Positions 9,749 to 20,841 of a stretch of DNA of 64,000 nt are shown here, in pieces. This DNA comes from Chloropicon primus (Eukaryota): assembly GCA_023205875.1 (NCBI GenBank), contig CP060758.1, forward strand, positions 558,001 to 622,000, given 5' to 3'. Below the pieces are notes generated by a model. The model had not been told where the DNA came from, did no database searches, and was given only the letters and a program-made list of their open reading frames with translations. Positions within the stretch are counted from its first letter, which is position 1, and every line of letters begins with the position of its first letter. The translations under genes and the position numbers were made by a program.

Positions 9749-10160
9749 CCTGCACCTACTCAATGCCTTTTTCTTCTCCGACTCTTGAAAAAAAAAAAAA
9801 AACCGAACGAACAAACGAAGGAACGAACGTCGACCCAAGCCCGTTCACCCTTTCGCTGTCCTTCCGTTCCTCCTCCTCTACGGCCTCGCCGCTTTCGCTC
9901 GCAACCCTCCTCTCGCTGCTCCGGCTGCCCTCGGTCGACAGATCGATCGATGAACTGAAGCAGGCTTCGCTTCGCTTCTCTCCACAGTGGAGGAGACGGC
10001 AGGCGTTACGAGAGAGAGAGAGAGAGAGAGGAGAGGAGGAGGGCTCCGCTTTGGGGTCAAGGGTCGGAGATTGCACAAGGGTGAGGATTTGGGCGAAAGT
10101 TCACGCCGTGGCCTCTCGGTTGACACCCTCGTTTCGAGGACGGTGACGATTTGTGCGGTG

Positions 10161-12410
10161 ATGGCGTCGTCGACGAGGGCTGCTGCTGCTGCTGCTGCAG
10201 AGGCAGAGGCAGAAGAGCAAGGGACGCGCTCATTTATGGAGCGGATGGCGGGCCAGGAGGAGGGAGACAAGGGGAGTATGCTCGACAAGGATCCGGAGAG
10301 GATGGGCGCGCCGGAGGACGTGACGCCGGCCAGGACCTTTTTCGTCAGGATGGTCGCGCAGAGGGAGATCGAGGTGAACGAGAAGGAGTGGTTCGAAGTG
10401 CTCGAGCGTCATGGCATGAACCCGAATTCTCTGAGGCTGAAGGCGTCGTCGTCCCAGCCGAGCTCGAGCGCTTCGGGGGGCTACCGAAGCCACGACTACC
10501 GGGATCCCAGCAAGCCCCTGATGAGGACGCACCGGCAGAAGGGCAAGAGCCCTCCGAACTGGAGGGAAACGACGTCCAACTTTCAGATCCTGAAAACTCC
10601 TTTGCAGGGGGAGGAGGACAAGGAGGAGAGCTACAGGGACGAGGTGGAGTACAACCCCGTCAGAAAGGCCAAGAGACGGACGCCCCTCCTCGAGGTGGTC
10701 TCGCCCTTCTCCATCTACTATGCGGTGTGGCAGTATTCCATGATGGTCTTGGATTTCACGTACACGGCCTTCTGGGTGCCGTACTCTGTCGTGTTTGTCC
10801 TGGAGGACTGTCAGTGGGACCACCCAGCGGCGATAGTGGATTTCACGGCGGGTTGGCTCTACGTTTTCGACGTGCTTGTTAACCTCAGAGTCGGGTACAG
10901 CATCGTGTACAAGCTGAGTAGGACCGTGGAGCTGGACAGCATGAGGGCCGCCCTCTTCTACATTCAGCACGGAACTTTCTGGGTGGATGTGCCGGCCTGC
11001 ATACCGGTGTTTGTCCAGACCATCTGCTTGAGCGTCAACGGAGCGGACACGAGCTTTGGAAAATTCGGGGTCAACGTCTCCCAAATGATGCGCCTCCTGA
11101 GATTACTCAGGCTCGCTCGGGCGATGCGCTTGCTCTTGAGCGACGCGCTGGACGTGGCTTCCGTCAGCGTGAAGAGGTCCACCGGTGCAAAGATGATCTG
11201 GATCCAATTCCTTCAGATCGTCTTCCTGTTTGCCTGGACCGCCCACATGATGGCGTGCACCTGGTACTACACGGCGGTGATGGAGGACTCCCTGCCCAAC
11301 TGGCCGTACAGAAACGGCGAGCTTTACAGCTGCATCGAAGGTCTCGAGGAAGACGCGCCGAAGACTTGGCTCAAGACGGCCGGGCTGCTCTGTGCGCCCA
11401 ATGGCGTGAAATACATGGCCTCGTTCTACTTTGCCACCATGACGATCACCACGGTGGGTTACGGCGATATCTCTGCGGACACCACGGGGGAACAGGCCGT
11501 GGCCACGGTCATGATGTTCGTCGGCGCAATCTTCTTTGGCTACCTCGTGTCGACGACCACCCTGTTCCTCGAGAAGGTGTCGAGTCAGAAAAAAGAGCTG
11601 ACCAACTACCACGACAAGGTGGAGCTGGTGGATGGGTGGGTGCGCAACAGGGCGATCCCCAAAAAGCTGAACATGAAAATAAGGTCTTACTATTCCATCG
11701 TCTGGAGCAAAGCGGCGGACCTGCAGAACGAGAAAGAGATTCTCCAGGAGCTTCCCTTCCCCCTCAGGGCAGCGGCGGCTGAGCACATCACGATGCCCCT
11801 GCTGAAGCAGGTGCTCTGCCTGTCCCACGTCGCGGAGCGGCACTGGAAGCACATGTCCAGGCGGTTCAGGGCGGAGTGGTACCCTCCCGGAAAGTTTATC
11901 GCGCACTCCGAAGGGCGCGGCTCCGGGGAGGGCCTGAAACCGGAGATGGACTCCCTGTGGCTGCTCGAGAGGGGAAAGGTGGTTTGCGTGAAGCAAGGCG
12001 CGAACAATGCGAGCTTGATTGGCCCCCAGGTCTTTGGATGCTCCCTGATCTTGCAGCTTCTCGATCCGGACTTTCCCCTGGAGACTTCCTTCAACACGTA
12101 CATGTCCACGACACCCATCTGGCTGTGGCGCGTCAACAAGGAGTACCTTCGTGCCTACTTCCAGGACAACCCAGACGCCCTGGTTCAGTTCTGCGAAGGC
12201 CTGCTGGTGGACGTGGACCAGCTCAACATACTGGACATCGACAACGCCGCGGAGAACGCCCTGTACACCAAAGTCCTCGAGTTGAAAGAGACCCTCCCGT
12301 TGGATGAAGAGGGCCTTCTCAGTCTCCCGCGTGGAGCCTCTAGGACTAACATCTTCACCGTCCAGGAGGAAGGCCAATGGACCTCCACCCTCTCGGATGA
12401 CCCCTCTTAA
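10161..12410 (+). CDS. Voltage-gated K+ channel, CNBD family (EAG/plant Shaker-like)
   Basis: Six TM segments, S4 MMRLLRLLRLARAMR, pore TITTVGYGDI, C-linker (ILQELPFPLR) and a degenerate CNBD. The start ATG is inferred. Confidence 0.9.
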   Translation: MASSTRAAAAAAAEAEAEEQGTRSFMERMAGQEEGDKGSMLDKDPERMGAPEDVTPARTFFVRMVAQREIEVNEKEWFEVLERHGMNPNSLRLKASSSQPSSSASGGYRSHDYRDPSKPLMRTHRQKGKSPPNWRETTSNFQILKTPLQGEEDKEESYRDEVEYNPVRKAKRRTPLLEVVSPFSIYYAVWQYSMMVLDFTYTAFWVPYSVVFVLEDCQWDHPAAIVDFTAGWLYVFDVLVNLRVGYSIVYKLSRTVELDSMRAALFYIQHGTFWVDVPACIPVFVQTICLSVNGADTSFGKFGVNVSQMMRLLRLLRLARAMRLLLSDALDVASVSVKRSTGAKMIWIQFLQIVFLFAWTAHMMACTWYYTAVMEDSLPNWPYRNGELYSCIEGLEEDAPKTWLKTAGLLCAPNGVKYMASFYFATMTITTVGYGDISADTTGEQAVATVMMFVGAIFFGYLVSTTTLFLEKVSSQKKELTNYHDKVELVDGWVRNRAIPKKLNMKIRSYYSIVWSKAADLQNEKEILQELPFPLRAAAAEHITMPLLKQVLCLSHVAERHWKHMSRRFRAEWYPPGKFIAHSEGRGSGEGLKPEMDSLWLLERGKVVCVKQGANNASLIGPQVFGCSLILQLLDPDFPLETSFNTYMSTTPIWLWRVNKEYLRAYFQDNPDALVQFCEGLLVDVDQLNILDIDNAAENALYTKVLELKETLPLDEEGLLSLPRGASRTNIFTVQEEGQWTSTLSDDPS

Positions 12411-12572
12411 GCTGTTACTAAACACAACCCATCAATCAATCAAAAACAAAAAAGTTTTGTGGCTTTTGGCTCCACCAGAGCTCTCTGATAAGAGAGAGAG
12501 AGAGGAGAGGGAGAGAACCCTACGACGGAGGCCCCGAAGGCGGTGGCACACACCGAAGGAGTCGCTCGAAGG

Positions 12573-14942
12573 ATGACGGTGACTGACTTGTTCGACGGAG
12601 GCCAGGACGCTCCGTCGTGGCTGAACGAACGCCTGAGCGGAATCGAAGGGGGAAACGAAGACGACCTGCTCGAGGCCTTGGGGGAGCTTGAGGTGAAGTT
12701 GCAGCTAAAGGCAGACGATGTGGAAGCGAGCATGGAGGGGGTGGCGAAAGACGCCCACGAGGAGATCCCGCTTGCTCGGGCGGAGCTCTCGGAGCTGCGG
12801 CAAAGGGCGGGAGGGGTCGCGAACCGCCTGCACTCTTGCCAGTCCTTGCTCTCGAACGTGGATGGCGTAGCGGACGGCGTGCTGGTGATGGATAGGGTCC
12901 AAACGAATATGAGGATGGCGAGAGACAAGCTGAGCGAGGCGGCGGGGATGGCGCAGCTCCTCGCCACGGTCGATCAGACGTTCAAGCAGGGCAACTTGAC
13001 GACAATTGGGCGGCAACTGAAGCAGATCAGCGAAGGGTTGGAGTCTGTGAGTGGTGTGCCGGAGTTTGCTGGGGTGGAGACAAAGCTGCACGAGTTCGAG
13101 GAGAGGCTCCAGCAGATGGTGGAGGCTCCCCTCCAGAAAGCTTTCGAGGACCACGACGCGCAGGCTGTCAAGCACCTATCGAGCATACTCTCCTTGGGCA
13201 GCAAGGACGACGCCATAGGAACGCTCTTCGTGTCCGCAAAGATATCCCAGCTGCAGTCCAGCTGGGAGACGTTCGGCGGGCTCGGGGTGGGGAAGAATGC
13301 CGTGGCCGGCGAGGTGGGCTCGGGCAAGGTGGTGACTTTTGAGGACTGGCTTCCAGAATGGCTGAGGAACGTCTTGACGGTGGTGGAGTCGGAGCACAAG
13401 TGGTGCCTAGAAATTTTGCCGGAGCAAGCCGACAACCTGTTCATGACACTCGTCGAGACGTGTTTCATCGGCATCAAGCAGTCTTTCAAGAACAGGCTGC
13501 AGAACACGCTCAGCGCGACCAAGCTGGCGTACGACGCCGGAGATAGCAGCGTCTCTCCGCTCCAAGTCCTCCTGAAGGTCAAGAGTGGTCTGAAAGAATT
13601 CCTGACGTCCGTGAGCTACGTGTTGAACAGGAGGTTCGACGATTCTCAGCAAAAGAAGGGCAAGCTGTTGGAGTGCCTGGCGCTGTGCACCTACGGGCAA
13701 ATCAAGGACCAGGTGCTGCTTTACCCTCTGCTTGAGAGACAAGAAATCACGGGTCTCCACAACAAGCTTGCGGGGGACCTCATGCTCCCCACGGCGAAGC
13801 TGAAGCAAGCCACGCACTCGCAAAGCGCAAGCATCGCGGATTCCATCGAGGCTTGCACAAATGCAGTGCACAGCATCATCGGCCCATCGTGCGAAGTTGG
13901 AGCCTCTTCGGTGGAGAGGTGCATGAGCATAACGGACGGCTTCAAGATTGACGAGCTCCTGCTGGTTGTGGACGAATGCCTGGCCGCTTTTCTCAGCAAG
14001 ATCTGCCTGACCCTGAGGGTCATTAAAGACTGCGTCACGTCCGTCAAGGGGTCCATGGAGGGTCAGGAGGGGTCTGAAGTGTCTTACGATTATTCCCAAC
14101 AAGCCCTGCCGCAGGATTTGCTGGTAGCGATTTTACGCGTGCTCCAGATTGCTGCCCTCTTCTCGAACTCTGTCGGCAACTTGGAGGAGAGCCTGAGGAC
14201 GTCTGTCGCTTCCTTGAGATCTCGGATGGAATCGGGCTCTTTTGAAGGCATCCACATCTGGTTCACCCTTTTCCCCGGGCAGAAAGAGGAGCACCAGAGC
14301 AAGCTGGCGAGGCTCGAAGCGCCCTTGCCCAGCGCCAAGAAAGCGATGAAAGACTTCGCGTCCTCTGCAGAGGATCTGGTTCTGGACTTCATGATGGTTA
14401 AGGTCAAGGAGAGCCTTCAGGGCATAAAGGAGAGCAAGCTCTGGTCCAGAACGGAGGAGAAGGACAAGACGTTCGACCTGCCTTCGTTCAGCGTCTTCCC
14501 TTCAAAGCACGTGACAAGTCTTGGGGAGTACTTGCTCGTCATCCCCCAGCAGTTCGAAGTGCTCGACGACTTGGAGGAACTGAGCCCAACCGGATCGGAG
14601 GCCAAGGAAAGGAGGGAGGGGGACCAGGCGTCAGAGCCAAGCTCGTTCGCGGCCGAGTGGATAAGTAAGATAGTAGAAGAGGCCTCGAAACTGTACACTA
14701 GGGATATTCTGAGAATTCCGAGGCTGAGTGAAAACGGCTGTTCTCAGCTGCAAGCGGACATCGATTACTTGGGCAACATTCTCCAGGCTTTGTTCGTGTC
14801 GGCGCCTGTTGCACTGAGCACCATCGCGGCCAACCTGTCTCTGAGCGCGGAGGAGGTCAAGGACCCCAGCAGCAGCAGGCCAAAGGACTGCGATGGCATG
14901 GCGTGGGACACGGTCGTCAAGATGAGGGGCGGCGGGGGCTGA
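12573..14942 (+). CDS. COG7: Conserved oligomeric Golgi complex subunit 7
   Basis: N-terminal W(L)N...LEVKLQL coiled coil, and C-terminal LPSFSVFPSKHVTSLGEYLLVIPQQFE and QLQADIDYLGNIL segments resembling plant COG7. Confidence 0.85.
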   Translation: MTVTDLFDGGQDAPSWLNERLSGIEGGNEDDLLEALGELEVKLQLKADDVEASMEGVAKDAHEEIPLARAELSELRQRAGGVANRLHSCQSLLSNVDGVADGVLVMDRVQTNMRMARDKLSEAAGMAQLLATVDQTFKQGNLTTIGRQLKQISEGLESVSGVPEFAGVETKLHEFEERLQQMVEAPLQKAFEDHDAQAVKHLSSILSLGSKDDAIGTLFVSAKISQLQSSWETFGGLGVGKNAVAGEVGSGKVVTFEDWLPEWLRNVLTVVESEHKWCLEILPEQADNLFMTLVETCFIGIKQSFKNRLQNTLSATKLAYDAGDSSVSPLQVLLKVKSGLKEFLTSVSYVLNRRFDDSQQKKGKLLECLALCTYGQIKDQVLLYPLLERQEITGLHNKLAGDLMLPTAKLKQATHSQSASIADSIEACTNAVHSIIGPSCEVGASSVERCMSITDGFKIDELLLVVDECLAAFLSKICLTLRVIKDCVTSVKGSMEGQEGSEVSYDYSQQALPQDLLVAILRVLQIAALFSNSVGNLEESLRTSVASLRSRMESGSFEGIHIWFTLFPGQKEEHQSKLARLEAPLPSAKKAMKDFASSAEDLVLDFMMVKVKESLQGIKESKLWSRTEEKDKTFDLPSFSVFPSKHVTSLGEYLLVIPQQFEVLDDLEELSPTGSEAKERREGDQASEPSSFAAEWISKIVEEASKLYTRDILRIPRLSENGCSQLQADIDYLGNILQALFVSAPVALSTIAANLSLSAEEVKDPSSSRPKDCDGMAWDTVVKMRGGGG

Positions 14943-15013
14943 AAAAAATTCCGTCCATGAAAGAATATAATCGGTTTTTATATACAGAGTCTTCATGTCC
15001 CGCCAAAACAGCT

Positions 15014-16798
15014 CTAGCCGTGGGTCGTCACCGGCCTCGATTGGCCGACTTCCGAGTACAGCAAAAGATTGGGGGAGCCCGGCTTCATGTGCGGGCTGGA
15101 CAGCGCGTTCCTGGTCCCCGCGCTTAGTATCACCCTCTTCACCTCCGCCGGGGAGGCGTTGGGGTTCTCGGACAGGTAATTTGCGGCCACCCCGGCCACC
15201 AGCGGAACGGCCATGGACGTTCCCGATGCCCACGCATACGCCGAGTCCGTGACAGTGTTGCATCTCGAGTCTCCGCCGCAGGCAGAATAAATGTCCACGC
15301 CAGGCGCGAAGATGTCAATGCACTCCCCCGTGTTGCTCCACCTGTAGAGGGTCTCCTGGTCCCTCCCCGAAGTCTGGCCGAACTTCGTCCCCAAGTCGCT
15401 CGCCGCGACCGTTATGGGCTCCTCCACGTTTCCCGGCGCAACGTAGCAGGAGTCCACCCCGCTGTTCCCCGAGGCAACGATCACGGTGATGCCGTAATCG
15501 ACGATCAGGTTCTTCACGGCCTCCTCCAGGGCTCTGGACCAAGATCCGACGCCGATTCCGAGGGACATCGTCACAATCGCCGGCTTTTGGTGGTGGTTCG
15601 CGACCCAGTCGAGCCCGGCAATGACGTCGCTCACGGATCCTGACCCCGAGCAATCCAAGACCCGCACGCCCACCACCTTGGCGTCCTTCGCCACGCCCGT
15701 CGTCCTCCCGACCGCCGTGCCGGCCACGTGCGTGCCGTGCCCGTCGCAGTCGTCCGCGTTGGGGTGGTCGTCCACAAAGTCGTACCCGTGGGCCGCCCTT
15801 GACTTCCCGGAATCCCACTCCTGGAACTCCTGGTGCGTCTTGCGCAGTCCAGAATCCACGGTGTATATCGTAACGCCCTTCCCCGCGCTCCCCGAGTGGG
15901 TGTACTTGCCGTCGAGAGGCAGCGACCTCTGGTCGACCCTGTCCAAGTTCCACAGGGCTACGTTGAGGTCCTGCACCTGGTTGCGGGAGAACGCGCTGAC
16001 CTGGCCACCGGCCGGGAGCCCCGAGGCCGAGGGGCCGCCTCCGCTCAGCTTGGCCTCCAGAGCGCCGCCGATGTCCATCATCTGCTTGGTCACGGGGTAC
16101 TCGGTGGACCCGCCGCTCTGGATCCGCGCGGCGGCGGCGTCGTCCGCCTTGGCCACGCGCTGCTCCGCCTTGTACACGATCTTGTCCTTCTCCACGAAGT
16201 CCACGGCCCCCTCGAAGCACGTCAGGAGCTTCTGGAGCTGGCCTTGGGAGAAGTACCCTGAGATGCCCCGGAAGGTCGAGGCGTAGACCCGCCGGCACAC
16301 CTCCGGCATGTGGCACGAGTCCCCCGAGTTGGACTTCATCAGCATGCCGTACTGCGAGCAGATGGTGCGTAGGCTGTCGACGCTCTGCGAGCTCTTGAAG
16401 ACGACGATGTATGGGCTCTTCCTGGCGTTGCCGCTGGCGTGGGCGTGGGTGGACGTCTCCCCACTGAAGATCGAGGAGATGCTGCGCATGAACTCGTGGC
16501 GCGTCGACGGGATGGGACTCACGTCCGTCGAGACCCCGCTCATCGCCCGCACGACCCCGCCCTCCTCCATCGTCCGGAGCATCAGCATCTTCGTCGTCGT
16601 TTCCTGAAGCTCGATGCTGCTCAGGAGGAGCGTGGCGTCCGAGCTCAGCGCGGGAGGGGGGGGAGCGTCATCCGTGGCGTTCGGGGCAAGAAAGCGGCCA
16701 GTCGAAAAGGACGGCGACGACGAGAGGAGGAGGAGAAAAACCGCAATCCACGCTGTTGCCCACGACGACGGGCGTTGACCACGACCCAGCACCATCAT
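15014..16798 (-). CDS. Secreted subtilisin-like S8A serine protease (proteinase K/aqualysin type) with I9 propeptide
   Basis: Hydrophobic signal peptide, propeptide YIVVFK, and catalytic motifs VDSG, HGTHVAG and SGTSMAVPLVAG. Confidence 0.92.
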   Translation of the reverse strand: MMVLGRGQRPSSWATAWIAVFLLLLSSSPSFSTGRFLAPNATDDAPPPPALSSDATLLLSSIELQETTTKMLMLRTMEEGGVVRAMSGVSTDVSPIPSTRHEFMRSISSIFSGETSTHAHASGNARKSPYIVVFKSSQSVDSLRTICSQYGMLMKSNSGDSCHMPEVCRRVYASTFRGISGYFSQGQLQKLLTCFEGAVDFVEKDKIVYKAEQRVAKADDAAAARIQSGGSTEYPVTKQMMDIGGALEAKLSGGGPSASGLPAGGQVSAFSRNQVQDLNVALWNLDRVDQRSLPLDGKYTHSGSAGKGVTIYTVDSGLRKTHQEFQEWDSGKSRAAHGYDFVDDHPNADDCDGHGTHVAGTAVGRTTGVAKDAKVVGVRVLDCSGSGSVSDVIAGLDWVANHHQKPAIVTMSLGIGVGSWSRALEEAVKNLIVDYGITVIVASGNSGVDSCYVAPGNVEEPITVAASDLGTKFGQTSGRDQETLYRWSNTGECIDIFAPGVDIYSACGGDSRCNTVTDSAYAWASGTSMAVPLVAGVAANYLSENPNASPAEVKRVILSAGTRNALSSPHMKPGSPNLLLYSEVGQSRPVTTHG

Positions 16799-17143
16799 GG
16801 TAACGTGACGTCTGTCCCAGTTCGCTCTCGATGTCGTGATCAAAGCTCTCCCCAACGCTGATCCCAAGCTCGAGAGGCTCGATCTCCTTCCCCGTAAAGC
16901 AAGCAGCACCTGCGACGCCGCGCGACGGGCCGTTACGGGCGTTACGAGAGACAGAGAGCGCTCGCCGCCCTCGCGATCTCCCCACCCCCCGATGGTTTTT
17001 GTCGATTTCGGAGGTCCAAGATGAACGCCACTCAAAACATGTCCCTGGGACGAGGTGCTGCATCATGGGGTGAGGTGCAGACAGAAAGGACAGGACAGGA
17101 CGAAAGATTAGACGGGATTCTTACACATGGATGGTCTGGCGCT

Positions 17144-18292
17144 TTAGTTCTTATTGCTTTGATCCTCCTCCTCCCCCTCGCCGCCGCCTCCCCGAGGCCT
17201 CTTCCGCTTCGACGCGCCCATCGCCATCGGGTCCATGGACGGGTACGGCACGTTCGCCCCTCCTCCCCCCACCTGCTGCTGCTGCTGCTGCTGCTGCTGG
17301 GGCCTTTCCCTCTTGCTGCTCCCCCCCCTCCCCTCCCCCCCCCTCTCCCCTCCTCCCCCCTCTTTCCTGGGCCGGCCCCACATCAGCCTCAGCTTGTGGC
17401 CCTTGACGTGCAGCCCGGTCTGCGCGTGGGACCGGGCCGCCTCCTCCGCCATGGCCCTCGTCGCGAGGGTGACGAACGCGCAGCGCTTGGCCTCGGACTT
17501 TCGGATCGCTTTCACCTCCCCGAATGCGTAAAAGTGGTCCAGGAGGTCCTGCTCGCTCACCAGCCCCCCCTCCGGGATGCCGCCGACGTACATGGTGCAG
17601 ATGGTGACGTCCTCCGGAAAGTCCAAGAGCGAGGGCATGCCGCGGGCCCTGCTGATCATCTTGGCCGCCACCGGGTCGTTGACGCCGTGGTACCTGTCCT
17701 TGATGTTCTGCTTGGCCAGGGACTCGTCCTTGTAGACCTCCTGGGGGAGCTCGTGCCTGAAGGGGCACTCCGAGCCGCGGTTGCAGCACCCCTTCACGAA
17801 GAAGGAGCATATCTTCGCCTTGTTCCTGTGGTACATCGGCCCCGAGCGCTGCAGCTGGCTCAGGAGCTCGCTGGGCCGCGCCCTGTTCTTGTTCTGGGCG
17901 TCGAACTCCCCGCTCGCTATGGACTTCTCCAAGTTCTGCACGTAGTACTCCCTGTTCACCTCGCTCTGGGGCAACCTCGTGGCCTCCTCCCCGAGCGCGT
18001 GGTCCCTCACCTGGACCGGCACCTGGTAGTCCAGGTCAAGGACGCACGTCTGACACACGTTCTTCGCCCTCGCGCACGTCTGGCAGATCTCCGTCTTCTT
18101 GCACCTCGCGTCTTGACCGGGCCGCCACCTGAACACCGTGAACGGCCTGGTGCATATCTTGCACTCCTTGTCGAACTCCGCTCTCGTCATCCGCAGGTAC
18201 GGGTTGGGGCCCAAGCACGTCTCGCACACGATGGGGAACTCGGCGCTCTCCCACCCCTCCGCCTCCCTGTCGCGAAGCAGCCGGTGAGCCAT
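17144..18292 (-). CDS. RBM22: Pre-mRNA splicing factor RBM22/Slt11 (MAC5)
   Basis: WESAEFPIVCETCLGPNPYLRM, CKICTRPFTVFRW, a CCCH finger CSFFVKGCCNRGSECPFRHE and an RRM. Confidence 0.95.
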   Translation of the reverse strand: MAHRLLRDREAEGWESAEFPIVCETCLGPNPYLRMTRAEFDKECKICTRPFTVFRWRPGQDARCKKTEICQTCARAKNVCQTCVLDLDYQVPVQVRDHALGEEATRLPQSEVNREYYVQNLEKSIASGEFDAQNKNRARPSELLSQLQRSGPMYHRNKAKICSFFVKGCCNRGSECPFRHELPQEVYKDESLAKQNIKDRYHGVNDPVAAKMISRARGMPSLLDFPEDVTICTMYVGGIPEGGLVSEQDLLDHFYAFGEVKAIRKSEAKRCAFVTLATRAMAEEAARSHAQTGLHVKGHKLRLMWGRPRKEGGGGERGGEGRGGSSKRERPQQQQQQQQQVGGGGANVPYPSMDPMAMGASKRKRPRGGGGEGEEEDQSNKN

Positions 18293-18646
18293 CTTCCCTC
18301 TCTCTCTTTCTCTCTGTCTCTCTCTCTCTCTCTGTCTGTCTCAGAGTGCTGATGAGCAACAAGAAGAACAAGAAGAACAACAACAAGAAGAGGGTATCGT
18401 GTCTGTTTGTTCGCTTCCTCCTCCTCTCCCTCCCTCTCTCTCCCTCTCTCTCTCTCCCTCCCTCTCTCTCCCTCTCTCCCGCTCTTTGAACTGAATCTCG
18501 ACTGCTGCTGAGTTGAGTGTTGGAAAGTTTCAAGATCTGTTGCTCAATCCATGATAATGCTGCGTATTATTGTTGATTATGATGTTCCTGTTGTGTTTGC
18601 ACTGCTGCTGCTGCTGCTGCTGGCACGCGCTACCTCCTCGTCCTCG

Positions 18647-20700
18647 TCAGCCGTCCGTGATGCAGCCCTGGCTCGCGGAGCCAACGTTCTTGATGTACTT
18701 GTAGAGGGTGCCGCCGGTGGCCTTGAGAGGGGGAGCTTCCCACTCCCCCCTCCTCCTCTTCATCTCCGCCTCGTCCACGTCAACGAGGTCGATCACCCTG
18801 ACCTCCTTCCTCGCATCGATCCTCATCCTGTCCCCGTCCCTGATCAGCGCGATGGGTCCACCGTCCTGGGCCTCCGGGGCGACGTGGCCGATCACAAAGC
18901 CGTGCGAGCCGCCGGAGAACCTCCCGTCCGTGATGAGCGCGACGCAATCGCCCAGTCCTGCCCCCATGATGGCGCTCGTGGGCGTGAGCATTTCGGGCAT
19001 CCCGGGGCCGCCCTTGGGACCCTCGTACCGGATCACAATGACGCAGCCCCTGAAGGACTCGGGGTCCTCCTCCAAGGCCTGGAGCATCTGCTCCTCCTGG
19101 TTGAAGCATCTCGCGGGGCCCTCGAACTCCAGGCCCTCCTTCCCCGTGATCTTCGCGACGGAGCCCTCAGGGGCGACGTTGCCGTACAGGATCTGCAAGT
19201 GGCCCGTCTCCTTGATGGGCTTGTCCATCGGCATGACGACGTCCTGGTTCTCCGTGAAGCCGGGGCAAGACGCCAGGTTTTCTGCCAGAGTTTTTCCCGT
19301 GACCGTCATGCAGGTTCCGTCAATCATGCCGTGCTCAAGGAGGTACTTCAAGCAGGCCGGGGTCCCTCCCACCGCGTGCAGGTCCTCCATCACGTACTTT
19401 CCCGAGGGCTTCAAGTCCGCCAAGAAGGGAGTCTTGTCGCTTATCCTCTGAAAGTCGTCGATGGTGAGGTCCACGCCGACGCTGTGGGCGATGGCCATCA
19501 TGTGGAGCACGGCGTTGGTCGAGCCCCCGGTCATCATGATGAGGGTGATGGCGTTCTCAAACGCCGCCTTGGTCATGATGTCCCTCGGCCTGATGTCCTT
19601 CTCGAGCAAGTTCAGGATGGCCTGGCCAACCATTTTGCACTCGTCGACCTTGAGCGGGTCGTCCGCCGGGATGCTGGAGGAGTACGGCAGGGTCATCCCC
19701 AGGGCCTCCGCGGCAGAGGCCATCGTGTTCGCAGTGTACATGCCCCCGCACGCACCCTGCCCAGGGCAAGCATTCTGCACGATGTCGTCCCTCTCCTCCC
19801 TCTCCATGAGGCCGGCGGCCAGGCTTCCGAACGTCTGGAAGGCGGAAACGATGTCGATCGGCTCCCCCTTGCAGGACTTGCCCGCTCGAATGGTCCCGCC
19901 GTACACCATGATGGAGGGCCTGTTCAGGCGCCCCATCGCCATCAGCGTCCCAGGCATGTTCTTGTCACAACCCGGCAGAGACACGTTCGCGTCGTACCAC
20001 TGGGCGCTCATGACCGTCTCGATGGAGTCCGCAATCAGGTCGCGCGACTGGAGCGAGAAGGACATGCCGTCCGTGCCCATGGACATGCCATCGCTCACGC
20101 CAATGGTATTGAACCTCATTCCAATCATGCCGGCCTGGCAAAAAAAGGGGAAAAGAGATTATTATTGTTATGATGATGAAAAAAGATGTTTGAAAGTCAG
20201 TGGAAGGCTCAAAAGAGGCCAGGGTCCTGACCAGAGTCAGCGCACCACCTTCGACTCACCTCCTCGCAGCCTTTCTTGACGTAACCCCCGAGATCAAGGA
20301 GATGCATGTTGCAGGGGTTCCCCTCATACCACACAGACGATACTCCAACCTGTGGCTTGCTCATGTCTTCGGACTTGAGTCCAGTCGCGTAAAGCATCGC
20401 CTGCGCCGCACCATTCTGCAGAGGTTGCGTCAGCTGGGAGCTGAACTGATTCAGGCCCTCCCCCGCCTTGAGCTTCGGCAACCTCTTTCGCTTCTCCTCC
20501 TTCTTGTCGTCCCCCACGGCTGCTGCATCCGATGCAGCGGAACGCCCCAACGTCGTCGTCCGTCTCCCTCCGCACTCTTCGGCGGACACGATCCCGGGCC
20601 TCCGAGCACGCGTCATTCGCATCATGAGGTTCGACACCCACGTCCCCCTCGTCCCTCCCGTCCCCTTGGGCGTGGTCGCCATCTTCCTCGTCGCTCTCAT
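18647..20700 (-). CDS. ilvD: Dihydroxy-acid dehydratase, plastid-targeted; exons 20700-20260 and 20134-18647
   Basis: [27 protein letters not shown] and [11 protein letters not shown] motifs. Phase-0 intron 20259-20135 (GTGAGT..CAG). Transit-peptide-like N-terminus. Confidence 0.95.
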
Positions 20701-20841
20701 CCTCACCTCTTCGCCCAGCCGCTTCTTATCCTTGAAACCTTTTTTCGCGCTCCTAGGGGGAACAGAAATTTTCGCGATCGATGCGATCGGTGAGGAAGGG
20801 AGGGAGTGACTTTTACGAGGCAAGGGACGGCGACGAGGAGA

